NCBI GenBank assembly: GCA_963666565.1
Contig: OY762911.1
Span: 1,440,001 to 1,504,000 of the forward strand
Reading direction: 5' to 3'
Source of the DNA: Thermoanaerobaculia bacterium
Lineage (GTDB): Bacteria > Acidobacteriota > Thermoanaerobaculia > Multivoradales > Multivoraceae
DNA: 64,000 nt
Below the pieces are notes generated by a model, which worked only from the letters and a program-made list of their open reading frames with translations, searched no databases and had not been told where the DNA came from. This document shows positions 1 to 9,607 of this stretch, one piece after another; positions within the stretch are counted from its first letter, which is position 1, and the number at the start of each line of letters is the position of its first letter. Position numbers and translations under genes: made by a program.

Positions 1-816
1 GTGGTCTTCGTCACATCGGCGGACTGGAACGACCAACTCATGAGCCGGGCGGCCGAGCGGGCCGGCGGGGCGGTTGCCCTTGACTCCGTGATCCAGAGCC
101 TCGACGACACGCCGGGCGGTGCGTCGCCGCCGGCGCAGCGGGCCAAGCCGTGGGGGACCGGCCACGCCGTGTTCGCGCTGCGGAAGAAGATCGAGGAGCC
201 GTTCCTGGTCGTCAACGCGGACGATTTCTACGGTCCGCGGGCGATCGAGTCGTTCGGCCAGCGGGTCGGTGATCTGCTGGATGGCGGGGACGACTCGCAT
301 TTCCTTGCGGCGTACGAGCTCCGCCGCACCGGCGTCTCCCGCACGAGCGGCGTCAACCGGGGCATCCTCTCCGTCGGCCCGAACTCCACCTTGGAGAGGA
401 TCGACGAGGTCTACGATGTGCGGGAGACAGACTCCGGCCTCGTCGGCCGCGACGGTGCGGGGGCGATCCGGAAGCTGTTACCCGAAACGCCGTGCTCGAT
501 GAATCTCTGGGCCTTCCGGCCCTCGATCTTCGGCCTCCTCGAAGCCCGCTTCGAGGCCTTCCACGCCGGTCTCGGTCGTCCCCCAACGGACCCGCTGACC
601 AGCGAGTTCCTGCTCAGCGAGATCGTCGGCAATCTCGCAAAGGAGGGTGCGGCTCGGGTTCGTCTTCTCGGGTTGACTCAAAGCACTGCTGGACTCACGT
701 ATCCGGGGGACCTGCCGCCCGTCGCGACGACGCTGCAGCGGTGCGTGGAAGCCGGCGACTACCCGGCCGACCTCGGCGACTGGTTCGCGGACCGCGCCTC
801 CCGGAGACCCGCGTGA
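1..816 (+). CDS. NDP-sugar pyrophosphorylase/nucleotidyltransferase family protein (5'-truncated by window edge)
   Basis: KPWGTGHAV, PFLVVNADDFYG and SMNLWAF motifs. Confidence 0.8.
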   Translation: MVFVTSADWNDQLMSRAAERAGGAVALDSVIQSLDDTPGGASPPAQRAKPWGTGHAVFALRKKIEEPFLVVNADDFYGPRAIESFGQRVGDLLDGGDDSHFLAAYELRRTGVSRTSGVNRGILSVGPNSTLERIDEVYDVRETDSGLVGRDGAGAIRKLLPETPCSMNLWAFRPSIFGLLEARFEAFHAGLGRPPTDPLTSEFLLSEIVGNLAKEGAARVRLLGLTQSTAGLTYPGDLPPVATTLQRCVEAGDYPADLGDWFADRASRRPA

Positions 817-2573
817 GGCTGAACGCCCTCGACTGGACCGTCCTCGCCGCCTACGGCGCGCTCGCGCTGGCCGTCGGGCTCGTCTTCGCGCGGCGGGCCG
901 GCGCGGGTACCGGGCAGTTCTTCCTCGCCGGGCGGAACCTGCCGTGGTGGCTGCTCGGCACCTCGATGGTCGCCACGACCTTCTCGACCGACACGCCCAA
1001 CCTGGTGACCGACCTGGTGCGCAACGGCGGCGTTTCCGGCAACTGGATGTGGTGGGCGTTCCTGATCACCGGGATGTGCACGACGTTCTTCTACGCGAAG
1101 CTCTGGCGGCGCTCGGGCGTCTTCACCGACATCGGCTTCTACGAGCTTCGCTACTCGGGGCGGGCGGCCGTCTTCCTGCGCGGCTTCCGCGCCGTCTACC
1201 TGGGCGTGTTCTTCAACGTGATGATCATGGCGACGGTGCTGCTCGCCGGCATCAAGATCGGCGGCGTCCTGCTCGGCGCCGACAAGTACACGACGGTGCT
1301 GGTCGCGGCGGCCGTCACCGCCGCCTACTCCGCCACCTCCGGCCTCTGGGGCGTCGTCGTCACGGACCTCATGCTGTTCGTCATCGCGATGGTCGGCTCC
1401 GTCGCGGCGGCCTGGTACGCGCTCGCGCATCCGGCCGTCGGCGGGCTGGACGGCCTGGTCTCGAACCCCGACATCGCGTCGCGGCTCGCCCTGCTGCCCG
1501 ACTTCGCGGACTGGCGGACCGCCGCCACCGTCTTCCTGATCCCCATCGCCGTCCAGTGGTGGTCGACGTGGTACCCGGGGGCCGAACCGGGCGGCGGCGG
1601 CTACGCGGCCCAACGCATGCTCGCGGCCCGGAGCGAGCGGGACTCGATGGGCGCGACGCTCTGGTTCAACATCGCCCACTACGCGCTGCGGCCGTGGCCG
1701 TGGATCCTGGTGGCGCTGGCCTCGCTCGTCGTCTACCCGACCCTGGATTCGATCGCCGAGGCCTTCCCGCACCTCGATCCGTCGATCGTCCGGCACGACC
1801 TCGCCTACCCGGCGATGCTGGTGTTCCTGCCGCACGGGCTGCTCGGCCTGGTGGTCGCGTCGCTGGCGGCGGCGCTCATGTCGACCATCTCGACGCACCT
1901 GAACTGGGGCGCCTCCTACATCGTGGACGACGTCTACCGTCGCTTCGTCCGGCCGGGTCACGGCGAGTCGCACTACGTCCTGGTGGCGCGGCTGTCGACG
2001 ATCGCCCTGGTGGCGCTGGCGGCGGTGGTCGCGCTGTGGCTGGAAAACGCGATGCAGGCGTTCCAGATCCTGCTCCAGATCGGGGCCGGCACGGGCCTCA
2101 TCTTCCTGTTGCGCTGGTTCTGGTGGCGGATCAACGCCTGGTCCGAGATCTCGGCGATGGTCGTCTCGTTCGGCGTGGCCGTGTGGTTCCAGTTCGGCCA
2201 CGAGGGGGTGGGGCTGGCGTTGCCCTCGGCTGCGGCTCAACTCCTGCTCGGTGTGGCTCTGACCACTGCGGTCTGGTTCGGCGTCACGATGGCCACGCCG
2301 CCGACCGAGACTGCGGTGCTGCAGTCGTTCTACGACCGCGTGCGGCCGTTCGCGCGCGGCTGGCGGCGGGCCGTCGAGACCGGGGCCGAACCGCCCGGCG
2401 GCGCCGCCGCGGCGCTGCTCGCCTGGATGCTCGGCTGCGCCGCCGTGTACGCCGCCCTGTTCGCGACCGGAATGGCTCTCTACGGCCGGGCGACCGAGGC
2501 GGTCCTCCTCGCCGCCGCCGCGCTGGCGGCCGCGTACGGCCTGTTCCGCCTCCTCCCGCGCACGACCGCGTAG
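813..2573 (+). CDS. Sodium:solute symporter (SSS) family transporter
   Basis: GTG start overlaps upstream TGA (GTGA); FFLAGRNLPWW, SMVATTFSTDTP, AQRMLAARSE and AALMSTISTHLNWG motifs; many TM helices. Confidence 0.88.
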   Translation: MRLNALDWTVLAAYGALALAVGLVFARRAGAGTGQFFLAGRNLPWWLLGTSMVATTFSTDTPNLVTDLVRNGGVSGNWMWWAFLITGMCTTFFYAKLWRRSGVFTDIGFYELRYSGRAAVFLRGFRAVYLGVFFNVMIMATVLLAGIKIGGVLLGADKYTTVLVAAAVTAAYSATSGLWGVVVTDLMLFVIAMVGSVAAAWYALAHPAVGGLDGLVSNPDIASRLALLPDFADWRTAATVFLIPIAVQWWSTWYPGAEPGGGGYAAQRMLAARSERDSMGATLWFNIAHYALRPWPWILVALASLVVYPTLDSIAEAFPHLDPSIVRHDLAYPAMLVFLPHGLLGLVVASLAAALMSTISTHLNWGASYIVDDVYRRFVRPGHGESHYVLVARLSTIALVALAAVVALWLENAMQAFQILLQIGAGTGLIFLLRWFWWRINAWSEISAMVVSFGVAVWFQFGHEGVGLALPSAAAQLLLGVALTTAVWFGVTMATPPTETAVLQSFYDRVRPFARGWRRAVETGAEPPGGAAAALLAWMLGCAAVYAALFATGMALYGRATEAVLLAAAALAAAYGLFRLLPRTTA

Positions 2574-2581
2574 GCCCTCCG

Positions 2582-2636
2582 CTGGGTGCGCGGGTCTTCC
2601 GACCCGCATCGAGCGCGATGCCGCGAAGCGGCGAGC
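2582..2636 (+). repeat. REP-like element (CTGGGTGC + GCGGGTC-TTCC-GACCCGC hairpin + GCCGCGAAGCGGC tail)
   Basis: Same sequence recurs at many intergenic sites in the window. Confidence 0.85.
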
Positions 2637-2699
2637 ACGAGCCGTTTCTGCATCCGGCGCAGGCGGAGGAAGCTGGTGGCCTTCCTATACTGGACGGAC

Positions 2700-3725
2700 A
2701 TGCCTCTACCGTCCGATCTGCTGCGGCGGGACGCGGAGGAGGCGGTTCGTCTGATCGCGCTTCATCTTCTCTCGCAAGCGCGGGAGGCCGCGCCCCGCAC
2801 CCTCGATCCGAAGGACGAGGAGGGTCTCCACGACTTTCGGGTAGCCATCCGGCGGCTGCGGAGCAGCTTGAGCGCCTGGAAGGTACAGCTTCGGGGAGTC
2901 GTCAGGAAGCGGGACCGACGGCCGCTCGCCGCGTTTCAGAAGCGGACCGGCGCTAGCCGCGACGCCGAGGTGGCGCTCGAGTGGCTGGAGGAGCAGGCCG
3001 GCGAATTGGCACCGGAGCACCGGCTTGGCTGTGAGTGGGTCAGGGCGCGACTTCGTTTGGCATCGCGAGCGCAATCGGGCGAAGCGAACCGGGCAGTGTG
3101 CGCCGAGTTCTGCGCGTGGGCCGACGACTTCGCTTCGCGCGTGACCCGCCACGCGCCGGCGCGGGACGTGGCCCGGGCGGACGCGGAGGCGCGGCTGGAC
3201 CGAAGCGCCGGCCAGATTGGCGCGGGCCAGCACACGGACGCCGGCGCGACTTGCGCGGAGGCTCTGGCCGAGCGGCTGGATCGTGTCGCCCGCAAGCTGG
3301 CCGAATGCGTCGACAGCCTCGGCGGCGACCGGAAGCGGAGCCCGCACAAGGTGCGCATCGCCTGCAAGCGCCTCCGCTACCTGGTCGAACCGGTGGCCGC
3401 GGAGAGCGGGATGGCGGACTCGCTCGTCGGTCGCTGCAAGCGGCTCCAGGACGTCCTCGGCACGCTGAACGACGGGAACGTCCTCGACGACCTTCTGAGC
3501 GCCTACCTCGCCGAGGCCCGCCCAGCAAGCGAGTCCGGAGTCGCGGAGCTGGTCCGCCTCAACGCGGCCAGGGCAGAGGCCAGCTATCGTTTGTTCCGAC
3601 GCGACTGGCTGGAAGGCGAGGGCATGCTCGCACTCCTCGATGAAGCGGCTGCGTTGGCTCGCCAACTCCGGGATGCCGACGATCTGGCGGACCGTCGCCC
3701 TACACGGCCGCGGGCGTCAGGCTGA
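2700..3725 (+). CDS. CHAD domain protein (polyphosphate-binding family)
   Basis: LHDFRVAIRRLRS, HKVRIACKRLRY and LQDVLGTLND motifs; ATG 2700 chosen, TATACT 8 nt upstream. Confidence 0.8.
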   Translation: MPLPSDLLRRDAEEAVRLIALHLLSQAREAAPRTLDPKDEEGLHDFRVAIRRLRSSLSAWKVQLRGVVRKRDRRPLAAFQKRTGASRDAEVALEWLEEQAGELAPEHRLGCEWVRARLRLASRAQSGEANRAVCAEFCAWADDFASRVTRHAPARDVARADAEARLDRSAGQIGAGQHTDAGATCAEALAERLDRVARKLAECVDSLGGDRKRSPHKVRIACKRLRYLVEPVAAESGMADSLVGRCKRLQDVLGTLNDGNVLDDLLSAYLAEARPASESGVAELVRLNAARAEASYRLFRRDWLEGEGMLALLDEAAALARQLRDADDLADRRPTRPRASG

Positions 3726-3751
3726 ACACGCACGGCGGTTCGCACGAGGGG

Positions 3752-4948
3752 CTACTGCGCGCTCCGCCAGTCCTCGCCGGGCATCATGCGCCTCATGAAC
3801 TGGTCGAAGGAGGGCACGGTGAAGGCCGTGTCGCCGTGGCTTGGACTCCAGACCATCCCCTTGCCGATCAGCTTCGCGCGCATCGGGCCGAGCGAACTGA
3901 CCTTTCGGTGCAGCGCGGCAGCGATCTCGCCGGAGCGGTGGGGACCGGGTCCGAGTTCCGCCATCGCCCGGAGATAGCGCTTCTCGCCGGGCGTCAGGCG
4001 GTCGTAGCGTACGCGGAAGAAGCCCCGGTCGAGCGAAGCGACGACCTGCTCCTCCGCGTCCCGCACGTCGGCCAGCCGAATCGGCGACCGGGGCGCGACG
4101 TTCCACGCCTGCTGTCCCCATTCCTGCAGGAAGTACGGATAGCCCTCCGTACCGGTCAGGATGCGCTCCAGAGCGCCGTCCTCGATGTCGGCCGAGCGGC
4201 TCTCGAGAGGCCGGCGAATCGCCGTCCGGGCGGACTCCGGGTCCAGGGCGCCGAGCTCCCTGAACTCGAAGAGCCTCTCCGCGTACGAGCGGGCCCGGCC
4301 GAGCCGGCCGCGAAGCTGGGGCAGGCCGGCAACGGCCAGCATGAGCGGCCATCGCCGTTGCGCCGCGCGGTGAAAGGCCGCGACGAGCGCCCCCAGTTCG
4401 CGCTCGCGGGCATACTGGAGCTCGTCGACGATCAGCATCAGCGCGGACCCGGACTGGCGCGCCGCTTCTCCGACCGCGTCCAGGAGGGCCGTCAGGTCGA
4501 ACTCCAGATCGCCGCTGTCGGCCAGGCCGAGTTCCGGCGTCACGTCGAAGCCGAACTCCAGGTCCTCGTAACGGACCTTGAGCGCCGAGACGAAACCGGC
4601 CAGCGCTCTCATCGCCCGCTGCGCCGCCTCGCGGCGCCGCTTGGCGCCCGAAAGACGGAGCAGGACGTGCCGAAGCTCCGGCGCCAGGAGCGAGGGCAGG
4701 GAGCGTGCCTCCGACGCCTCGAACATCGCGGACACGACGCCCCGATTCTCGATTTCCTCGCGCGCCCGAGCGAGCACGACCGTCTTGCCGACGCCGCGGA
4801 GCCCAAGGAGCGCGAGGCACCTGGCGGGGCCTCCTCGCCTGCACTTCTCGGCAGCGAACTCGAGCGCGTCGAGAAGCTCGTCGCGCCCGGCGAGTTCAGG
4901 CGGCGGCGTTCCCGCACCGGGCGCGAAGGGGTTGTCGAAGCGATCCAT
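3752..4948 (-). CDS. AAA/STAND-like ATPase with C-terminal winged helix
   Basis: NPFAPGAG..LAGR start; Walker A GLRGVGKT; Walker B LIVDELQ; GYPYFLQ. Confidence 0.82.
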   Translation of the reverse strand: MDRFDNPFAPGAGTPPPELAGRDELLDALEFAAEKCRRGGPARCLALLGLRGVGKTVVLARAREEIENRGVVSAMFEASEARSLPSLLAPELRHVLLRLSGAKRRREAAQRAMRALAGFVSALKVRYEDLEFGFDVTPELGLADSGDLEFDLTALLDAVGEAARQSGSALMLIVDELQYARERELGALVAAFHRAAQRRWPLMLAVAGLPQLRGRLGRARSYAERLFEFRELGALDPESARTAIRRPLESRSADIEDGALERILTGTEGYPYFLQEWGQQAWNVAPRSPIRLADVRDAEEQVVASLDRGFFRVRYDRLTPGEKRYLRAMAELGPGPHRSGEIAAALHRKVSSLGPMRAKLIGKGMVWSPSHGDTAFTVPSFDQFMRRMMPGEDWRSAQ

Positions 4949-4956
4949 GGCGGGAG

Positions 4957-5020
4957 GAGTCTATACCGAGATTAGCGAGTTTACCTTGTAGAGATAACTT
5001 CGCTAATCTCGGTACAACTC
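4957..5020. promoter_or_regulatory. Long inverted repeat overlapping the putative ATPase promoter
   Basis: TACCGAGATTAGCGA (4964-4978) / TCGCTAATCTCGGTA (5000-5014) perfect 15-bp arms. Confidence 0.6.
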
Positions 5021-5166
5021 TAGCTGTCGCGTCGACGCCGACGGACTTCGTTCACGAAGGCCGTGAGCTGGTTGCCGCGTCGGCGGCGGAGTTCCTCGTC
5101 GGTCTCCGGGAACGGCCGAACGCGCTCCGTGAGCCCAGGGAGGCGCGGATCGGAGCGATCCGCGGC

Positions 5167-5204
5167 TTGACGATCGCGTCGGCTGTAGCTACGTTAGAGC
5201 TACA
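5167..5204 (+). promoter_or_regulatory. sigma70-type promoter and operator of dinJ-yafQ
   Basis: TTGACG-17nt-TACGTT; palindrome TGTAGCT...AGCTACA (5184-5204) over the -10; AAGGAG RBS at 5211. Confidence 0.65.
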
Positions 5205-5223
5205 TTGCCGAAGGAGAACTCCG

Positions 5224-5481
5224 ATGACGACCGACACCGTTGTCCGCGCCCGAATCGACAGCGCCACGAAGGCGCGTGCCACCGAGGCGCTTCAGGCGAT
5301 GGGCTTGTCCGTCTCCGACGCGATTCGCCTCATGTTGCTGCGCGTGGCGGACGAGAAGCGGCTGCCGTTCGCCATACAGGTGCCCAATCCGACGACCGTC
5401 AGGGCCATGAAGGAGTTGGAGGACGGCAAGGGCAAGCGCTTCGAGAGCGCTGAGGAGCTGTTCCGCGACGTGGACATCTGA
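5224..5481 (+). CDS. dinJ: RelB/DinJ family antitoxin
   Basis: VVRARID...GLSVSDAIRLML...LPFAIQVPN..T..AM.E; RBS present; coupled to toxin. Confidence 0.88.
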   Translation: MTTDTVVRARIDSATKARATEALQAMGLSVSDAIRLMLLRVADEKRLPFAIQVPNPTTVRAMKELEDGKGKRFESAEELFRDVDI

Positions 5482-5753
5482 TGCTCATCGCCGTTCGCTC
5501 GTCGCGATTCAAGCGCGACGTCAGGCGCGCGAAGGCCCGAGGCAAGGATCTGAGAAAGCTGCGGCGGCTGCTGGAGTCGCTGATCGAAGAGGAACCTCTT
5601 TCAGCGCGCCACCGCGACCATCCGTTGCGAGGGATCTGGAAGGGATACAGGGAGGCGCACATCGAGCCGGACTGGCTGGTCATCTATCGCGTCAAGGGAA
5701 GCGAACTTCATCTGGTGCGAACCGGAACGCACTCGGATCTGTTCAGGGAGTAG
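5481..5753 (+). CDS. yafQ: YafQ family mRNA interferase toxin
   Basis: FKRDV, RDHPLRG.WKGYREAHIEPDWLVIY and RTGTHSDLF motifs. Confidence 0.9.
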   Translation: MLIAVRSSRFKRDVRRAKARGKDLRKLRRLLESLIEEEPLSARHRDHPLRGIWKGYREAHIEPDWLVIYRVKGSELHLVRTGTHSDLFRE

Positions 5754-5800
5754 ACCTCGTTGACGGCGCGGCCGATCCGCCAAGCGAGCGGCCCGCCGGA

Positions 5801-8533
5801 CTACTCCGCTTCCAGTGCCCGCCGGGGATCGGCGCGGGAGGCCCGACGAGCCGGGAGGAATGAGGCCATCACCGCGATGGCGAGGAGCACCAGCGCCGCG
5901 ACGGCGAAAGCGAGCGGGTCGCGTGGACTCCGGCCGTCGAAGAGCAGAGGTTCGACGAACCTGCCGGCCCACAGCGCGGCGAGCGTGCCGGCCGCGACAC
6001 CGGCCGCCGCCAGCGAGAAGCCCCGCGCCAGCACCATGCGCAGGAGGCGCGACGCCCTGGCGCCCAGGGCGCGACGAATGCCGAACTCCAGTTCGCGTTG
6101 GCGCACACCGAACGCGATAACCGCATAGAGCCCGATGGCGGCGAGCAGCACCGCCAGGGCGGCGGAGGCAGCGAATAGGCGCGTTCCGGTTCTCCAGGTG
6201 CGAATGCGCGATGCGAACTGGGTGGAGAGGTTCCGGACGTGGTGTCCCGGCAGTTCCGGAAAGAGCTCGGCCAAGGCGGCAAGCACCGGCGCCTCGACAC
6301 GCCCGGGGCTCGAGGCGGTGCGGACGAGCAGCGCACGCTGGATGCTCGTCCATCCCGACAGAGTCGGATCGGCTGACGCCTGAGAGATGGGCAGGTAGTA
6401 GACCGGGTCCGCTTCCGGCAGAGTCCAGTTCACTGCTGGTTCCACCACGCCGACGACCGTTGTGCAGTCGGCGTTGCTGCTGACAAACAGGCAACGGCCG
6501 ACGGCGCTCCGGCCGGGCCAGGCCCGCCGGGCGAACGACGTACTGACGACCGCGACCTTCCGCGTGCCTTCGCGGTCCCATTCCGTGAAGCCGCGGCCTT
6601 CCCGAACCTCCAGCCCCGCGACATCGAAGAAGTTGGGCGTAGTGAAGTTCACGTGGGGCCCGGAGCGGAACGGCAGACCGTCAAGCCCCTCGATGCGCAG
6701 GTCCGCGTACGCCGCACCGCTTCCCGACATCGGTGAACTCGTACCCTGAGCGACGTCCAGCACCTCCGGCAGATCCCGTACGCGGGCTTCCATGGCCTGG
6801 ATTGCGCTCTCGTTTAGCGGTGCTCCATCCAGGCCGTCCACGCGGGTGTCGCCGTGGAAGCTCCCCAGAGTCACCGTCAGCAGGTGCTCCTTCGCGTAGC
6901 CGACGTCCACCTGGCGCGCCGCTTCGAACGAACGGTAGAACACGGCCGTTCCGCTGAGCAGCACGACCGACAGCGCGGCCTGGACCACGATCAGGCCGGT
7001 GCGGACGGGCGTTCCGAGCGCGCTGGCGCTCCGGGAGCTGTCGAGCCTCTCGATTCCCCGGCTGCGCGCCGCGTACACGGCGGGGGCCACGGCCGCCGCC
7101 AGGCCGATCCCGAGGACGGCGATTCCGGTGAAGCCGATTGCCGTGGCGCCGAGCGGATCCTCGGTCAACTGGTGGCTCGGCAGGAGCGTGCGGCGGAGGG
7201 CGTCGCCGGTGACCGCCGCCACCGCCAGCGCGACAACGCCAGAGAGTGCGGCGAGCACCAGGCTCTCAGTCACCAGGAGACGTCCGATTCCCCATCGTCC
7301 GAGGCCGAGCGTGTAGCGGACCGCCAGTTCGCGTCGCCTGGCAGCGACCCGCAGCATCAGCAGGTTCGACATGTTGACGGCCGCAATGAGGAGCACGACG
7401 AAGGTGATCCCGCCCGCGATCAGCGGCAGGCGCATGTGGCGCCGCAGCGTGACGGGGCCGCGGGTTCGAAGGATCGGACCGAGAGCCACGGTCGCCTCCC
7501 GGTCCAGGGAGTCCGGGAACCGCGAGCCGGCACGCGCCGCGCGGACAGCGGCCGTCGCCGCGGCGCTGGCGGCCTCCTCCGTCGCGCCGGACGCCAGCCG
7601 TAAGAATGCCGTCAGGTAGAAGGTGGTGCCGTACCGTCTCCAACTGTTCCCCCGGCTGGCCGTTGCCGCGTGTTTGAGAGGCAGCCAAACGTCGACCGCG
7701 TTGGAGCGGGGCCCGGAGAAGCCGGGCGGCATCACGCCGACGACGAGGTAGGTGACGTCGTCGAAACTGAGCGTCGTGCCGAGCGCTTCTTCCGGGGTGT
7801 CGAACCGCTGCCGCCGGTAGCCGTCGCCGATGACGGCAACGGGTTGCGCCGCCAGGTCGTCATCCCCGGCGACGATCGATCTTCCGACCGTTGCCGCCAC
7901 GCCAAGGAAGTCGAAGAACTCCCCCGTGACCCAGGAGACCGTGAGGTTCTCGGCGCGTTGACCGCGTCCGTTCGTTCTGAACGTGACTCTGTGGCCCGCG
8001 ACACCGTCGATGAGTGCGTTGTCGGCGGGCAGGGCGTTGAAGTCGAGCCACTGCATCGCGTCGACCACCCAGCTTCGTCCGGTGGAGGCGCCGCGATCGC
8101 CCGGATCGATGCGCTCGCTGACCCAGAGGCGACGAACGCGGTCCGGCTCGTCGATATGCGGAGGCGGCTGAAGAAAGAGCCTCGACAGCATCTCGTACAT
8201 CGGAGCGTTCAGTCCGATGCCGAGCGCCAGGGTGAGGACCACGGCGCAGGTGTAGCCGGCGTTGCGCCGCATCATGCGGAACGCGGCGCCGATGTCCTTG
8301 AGCAGGCGCTCCGCCGGCGCCCAGCCCCAGGCTTCGCGGGTCAGTTCGCGCGTCAGCGTCACGTTGCCGAAGCTGCGCCTCGCCTCGGCACGCGCCTGTT
8401 CGGGAGGCACTCCAGCCTGGATGCGCTCTTCCGCTTCCTGGGCGAGATGGAAGCGGATCTCCTCCTCGAGTTCGGCGTCCTTGCGGCGCCGGCGCCACAG
8501 GGAGCGAAAACGGTTGTTGACCTGCCGCAGCAT
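5801..8533 (-). CDS. ADOP-type (acidobacterial duplicated orphan) ABC permease, MacB/FtsX-like
   Basis: ELEEEIRFHL...ARRSFGN N-terminus; VLTLALGIGLN; duplicated permease domains; PARRASRADP end. Confidence 0.88.
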   Translation of the reverse strand: MLRQVNNRFRSLWRRRRKDAELEEEIRFHLAQEAEERIQAGVPPEQARAEARRSFGNVTLTRELTREAWGWAPAERLLKDIGAAFRMMRRNAGYTCAVVLTLALGIGLNAPMYEMLSRLFLQPPPHIDEPDRVRRLWVSERIDPGDRGASTGRSWVVDAMQWLDFNALPADNALIDGVAGHRVTFRTNGRGQRAENLTVSWVTGEFFDFLGVAATVGRSIVAGDDDLAAQPVAVIGDGYRRQRFDTPEEALGTTLSFDDVTYLVVGVMPPGFSGPRSNAVDVWLPLKHAATASRGNSWRRYGTTFYLTAFLRLASGATEEAASAAATAAVRAARAGSRFPDSLDREATVALGPILRTRGPVTLRRHMRLPLIAGGITFVVLLIAAVNMSNLLMLRVAARRRELAVRYTLGLGRWGIGRLLVTESLVLAALSGVVALAVAAVTGDALRRTLLPSHQLTEDPLGATAIGFTGIAVLGIGLAAAVAPAVYAARSRGIERLDSSRSASALGTPVRTGLIVVQAALSVVLLSGTAVFYRSFEAARQVDVGYAKEHLLTVTLGSFHGDTRVDGLDGAPLNESAIQAMEARVRDLPEVLDVAQGTSSPMSGSGAAYADLRIEGLDGLPFRSGPHVNFTTPNFFDVAGLEVREGRGFTEWDREGTRKVAVVSTSFARRAWPGRSAVGRCLFVSSNADCTTVVGVVEPAVNWTLPEADPVYYLPISQASADPTLSGWTSIQRALLVRTASSPGRVEAPVLAALAELFPELPGHHVRNLSTQFASRIRTWRTGTRLFAASAALAVLLAAIGLYAVIAFGVRQRELEFGIRRALGARASRLLRMVLARGFSLAAAGVAAGTLAALWAGRFVEPLLFDGRSPRDPLAFAVAALVLLAIAVMASFLPARRASRADPRRALEAE

Positions 8534-8551
8534 CTCCTGGTCCCTCCGGCC

Positions 8552-8893
8552 TCAGTCCGCCGGACGCAGCACCCTGGTCACGGCGACCGAGAGTTGCTGC
8601 CAACGCGACTGCTCGACGAGGAGTTGCCGCCGCCCCGTCGTGGTGAGCCGGTAGTACTTGGCGCGCTTGCCCTTGTCGGAGGTCTTCCACTCCGCCGCGA
8701 TCCAGCCGCGGGTTTCCAGCCGGTGAAGCGCGGGATACAGCGACCCGGTCTCGATGCGGAGCGCGTCTTCCGACACGCGCTGGATGTGCCCGGCGATCGC
8801 GTGGCCGTGCGCCGGGCCGTAGACCAGCGTGCGCAGGATGAGCAGGTCGAGCGTGCCGTAGAGAAGCTGGTTGCGGGGGCTCGCCGGCGTCAT
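8552..8893 (-). CDS. PadR family transcriptional regulator (acidobacterial type)
   Basis: GTLDLLIL..L..GPAHG, GSLYPALHRLE and RAKYYRLT motifs. Confidence 0.92.
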   Translation of the reverse strand: MTPASPRNQLLYGTLDLLILRTLVYGPAHGHAIAGHIQRVSEDALRIETGSLYPALHRLETRGWIAAEWKTSDKGKRAKYYRLTTTGRRQLLVEQSRWQQLSVAVTRVLRPAD

Positions 8894-8938
8894 GGTGTAG
8901 ACAAGCTACTCCATATGACGTAGATTGTCTACACCATG
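8891..8938. promoter_or_regulatory. Symmetric divergent promoter with two putative PadR boxes
   Basis: 19-bp inverted repeat (8891-8909 / 8920-8938, one mismatch) containing both start codons; each arm has GTAG-N5-CTAC. Confidence 0.7.
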
Positions 8939-9607
8939 AGTACGCTGATCCATCTGGAGAACGTCTCCAAGGTCTTCTACACGGACGAAGTCGAGACCCA
9001 CGCGCTCGACGGCGTCACCCTCGCGATCGACTCCGGCGAGTACGTCGCCGTGTCCGGGCCGTCGGGCTGCGGCAAGTCGACCCTGCTGTCGATCCTCGGT
9101 CTGCTCGACACGCCGACCGCCGGCGACTACACACTGAACGGTTACCCGGTGGCGCAGCTCCGGCAGTCCGAGCGGGCGCGCATCCGCAACCGGGAGATCG
9201 GCTTCATCTTCCAGAACTTCAACCTGATCGGCGACCTGAGCGTCTACGAGAACGTCGAGCTTCCGCTCACGTACCGCGGCATCCGGCCGAGAGAGCGGCG
9301 GGAGATGGTGACGGCAGCGCTGGAGAAGGTGGAGATGGCGCCGCGCGCGAAGCACCTGCCGAGCCAGCTCTCGGGAGGTCAGCAGCAGCGCGTGGCCGTT
9401 GCCCGCGCCGTAGCCGGCCAGCCTTCCATCCTCCTCGCCGACGAGCCGACCGGCAACCTCGACTCGAAGAACGGCGGGGCGGTCATGGACCTGCTGCGGA
9501 CGCTGCACGAGGAAGGATCGACGATCTGCATGGTGACTCACGATCCCCGCTACGCCGACCATGCGGAACGGGAGATCCGCCTGTTCGACGGGCGGGCCAC
9601 GACCTGA
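8936..9607 (+). CDS. ABC transporter ATP-binding protein (MacB/LolD-like)
   Basis: GPSGCGKST, LSGGQQQRVA, LLADEPTGNLD and VTHD motifs. Confidence 0.95.
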   Translation: MSTLIHLENVSKVFYTDEVETHALDGVTLAIDSGEYVAVSGPSGCGKSTLLSILGLLDTPTAGDYTLNGYPVAQLRQSERARIRNREIGFIFQNFNLIGDLSVYENVELPLTYRGIRPRERREMVTAALEKVEMAPRAKHLPSQLSGGQQQRVAVARAVAGQPSILLADEPTGNLDSKNGGAVMDLLRTLHEEGSTICMVTHDPRYADHAEREIRLFDGRATT

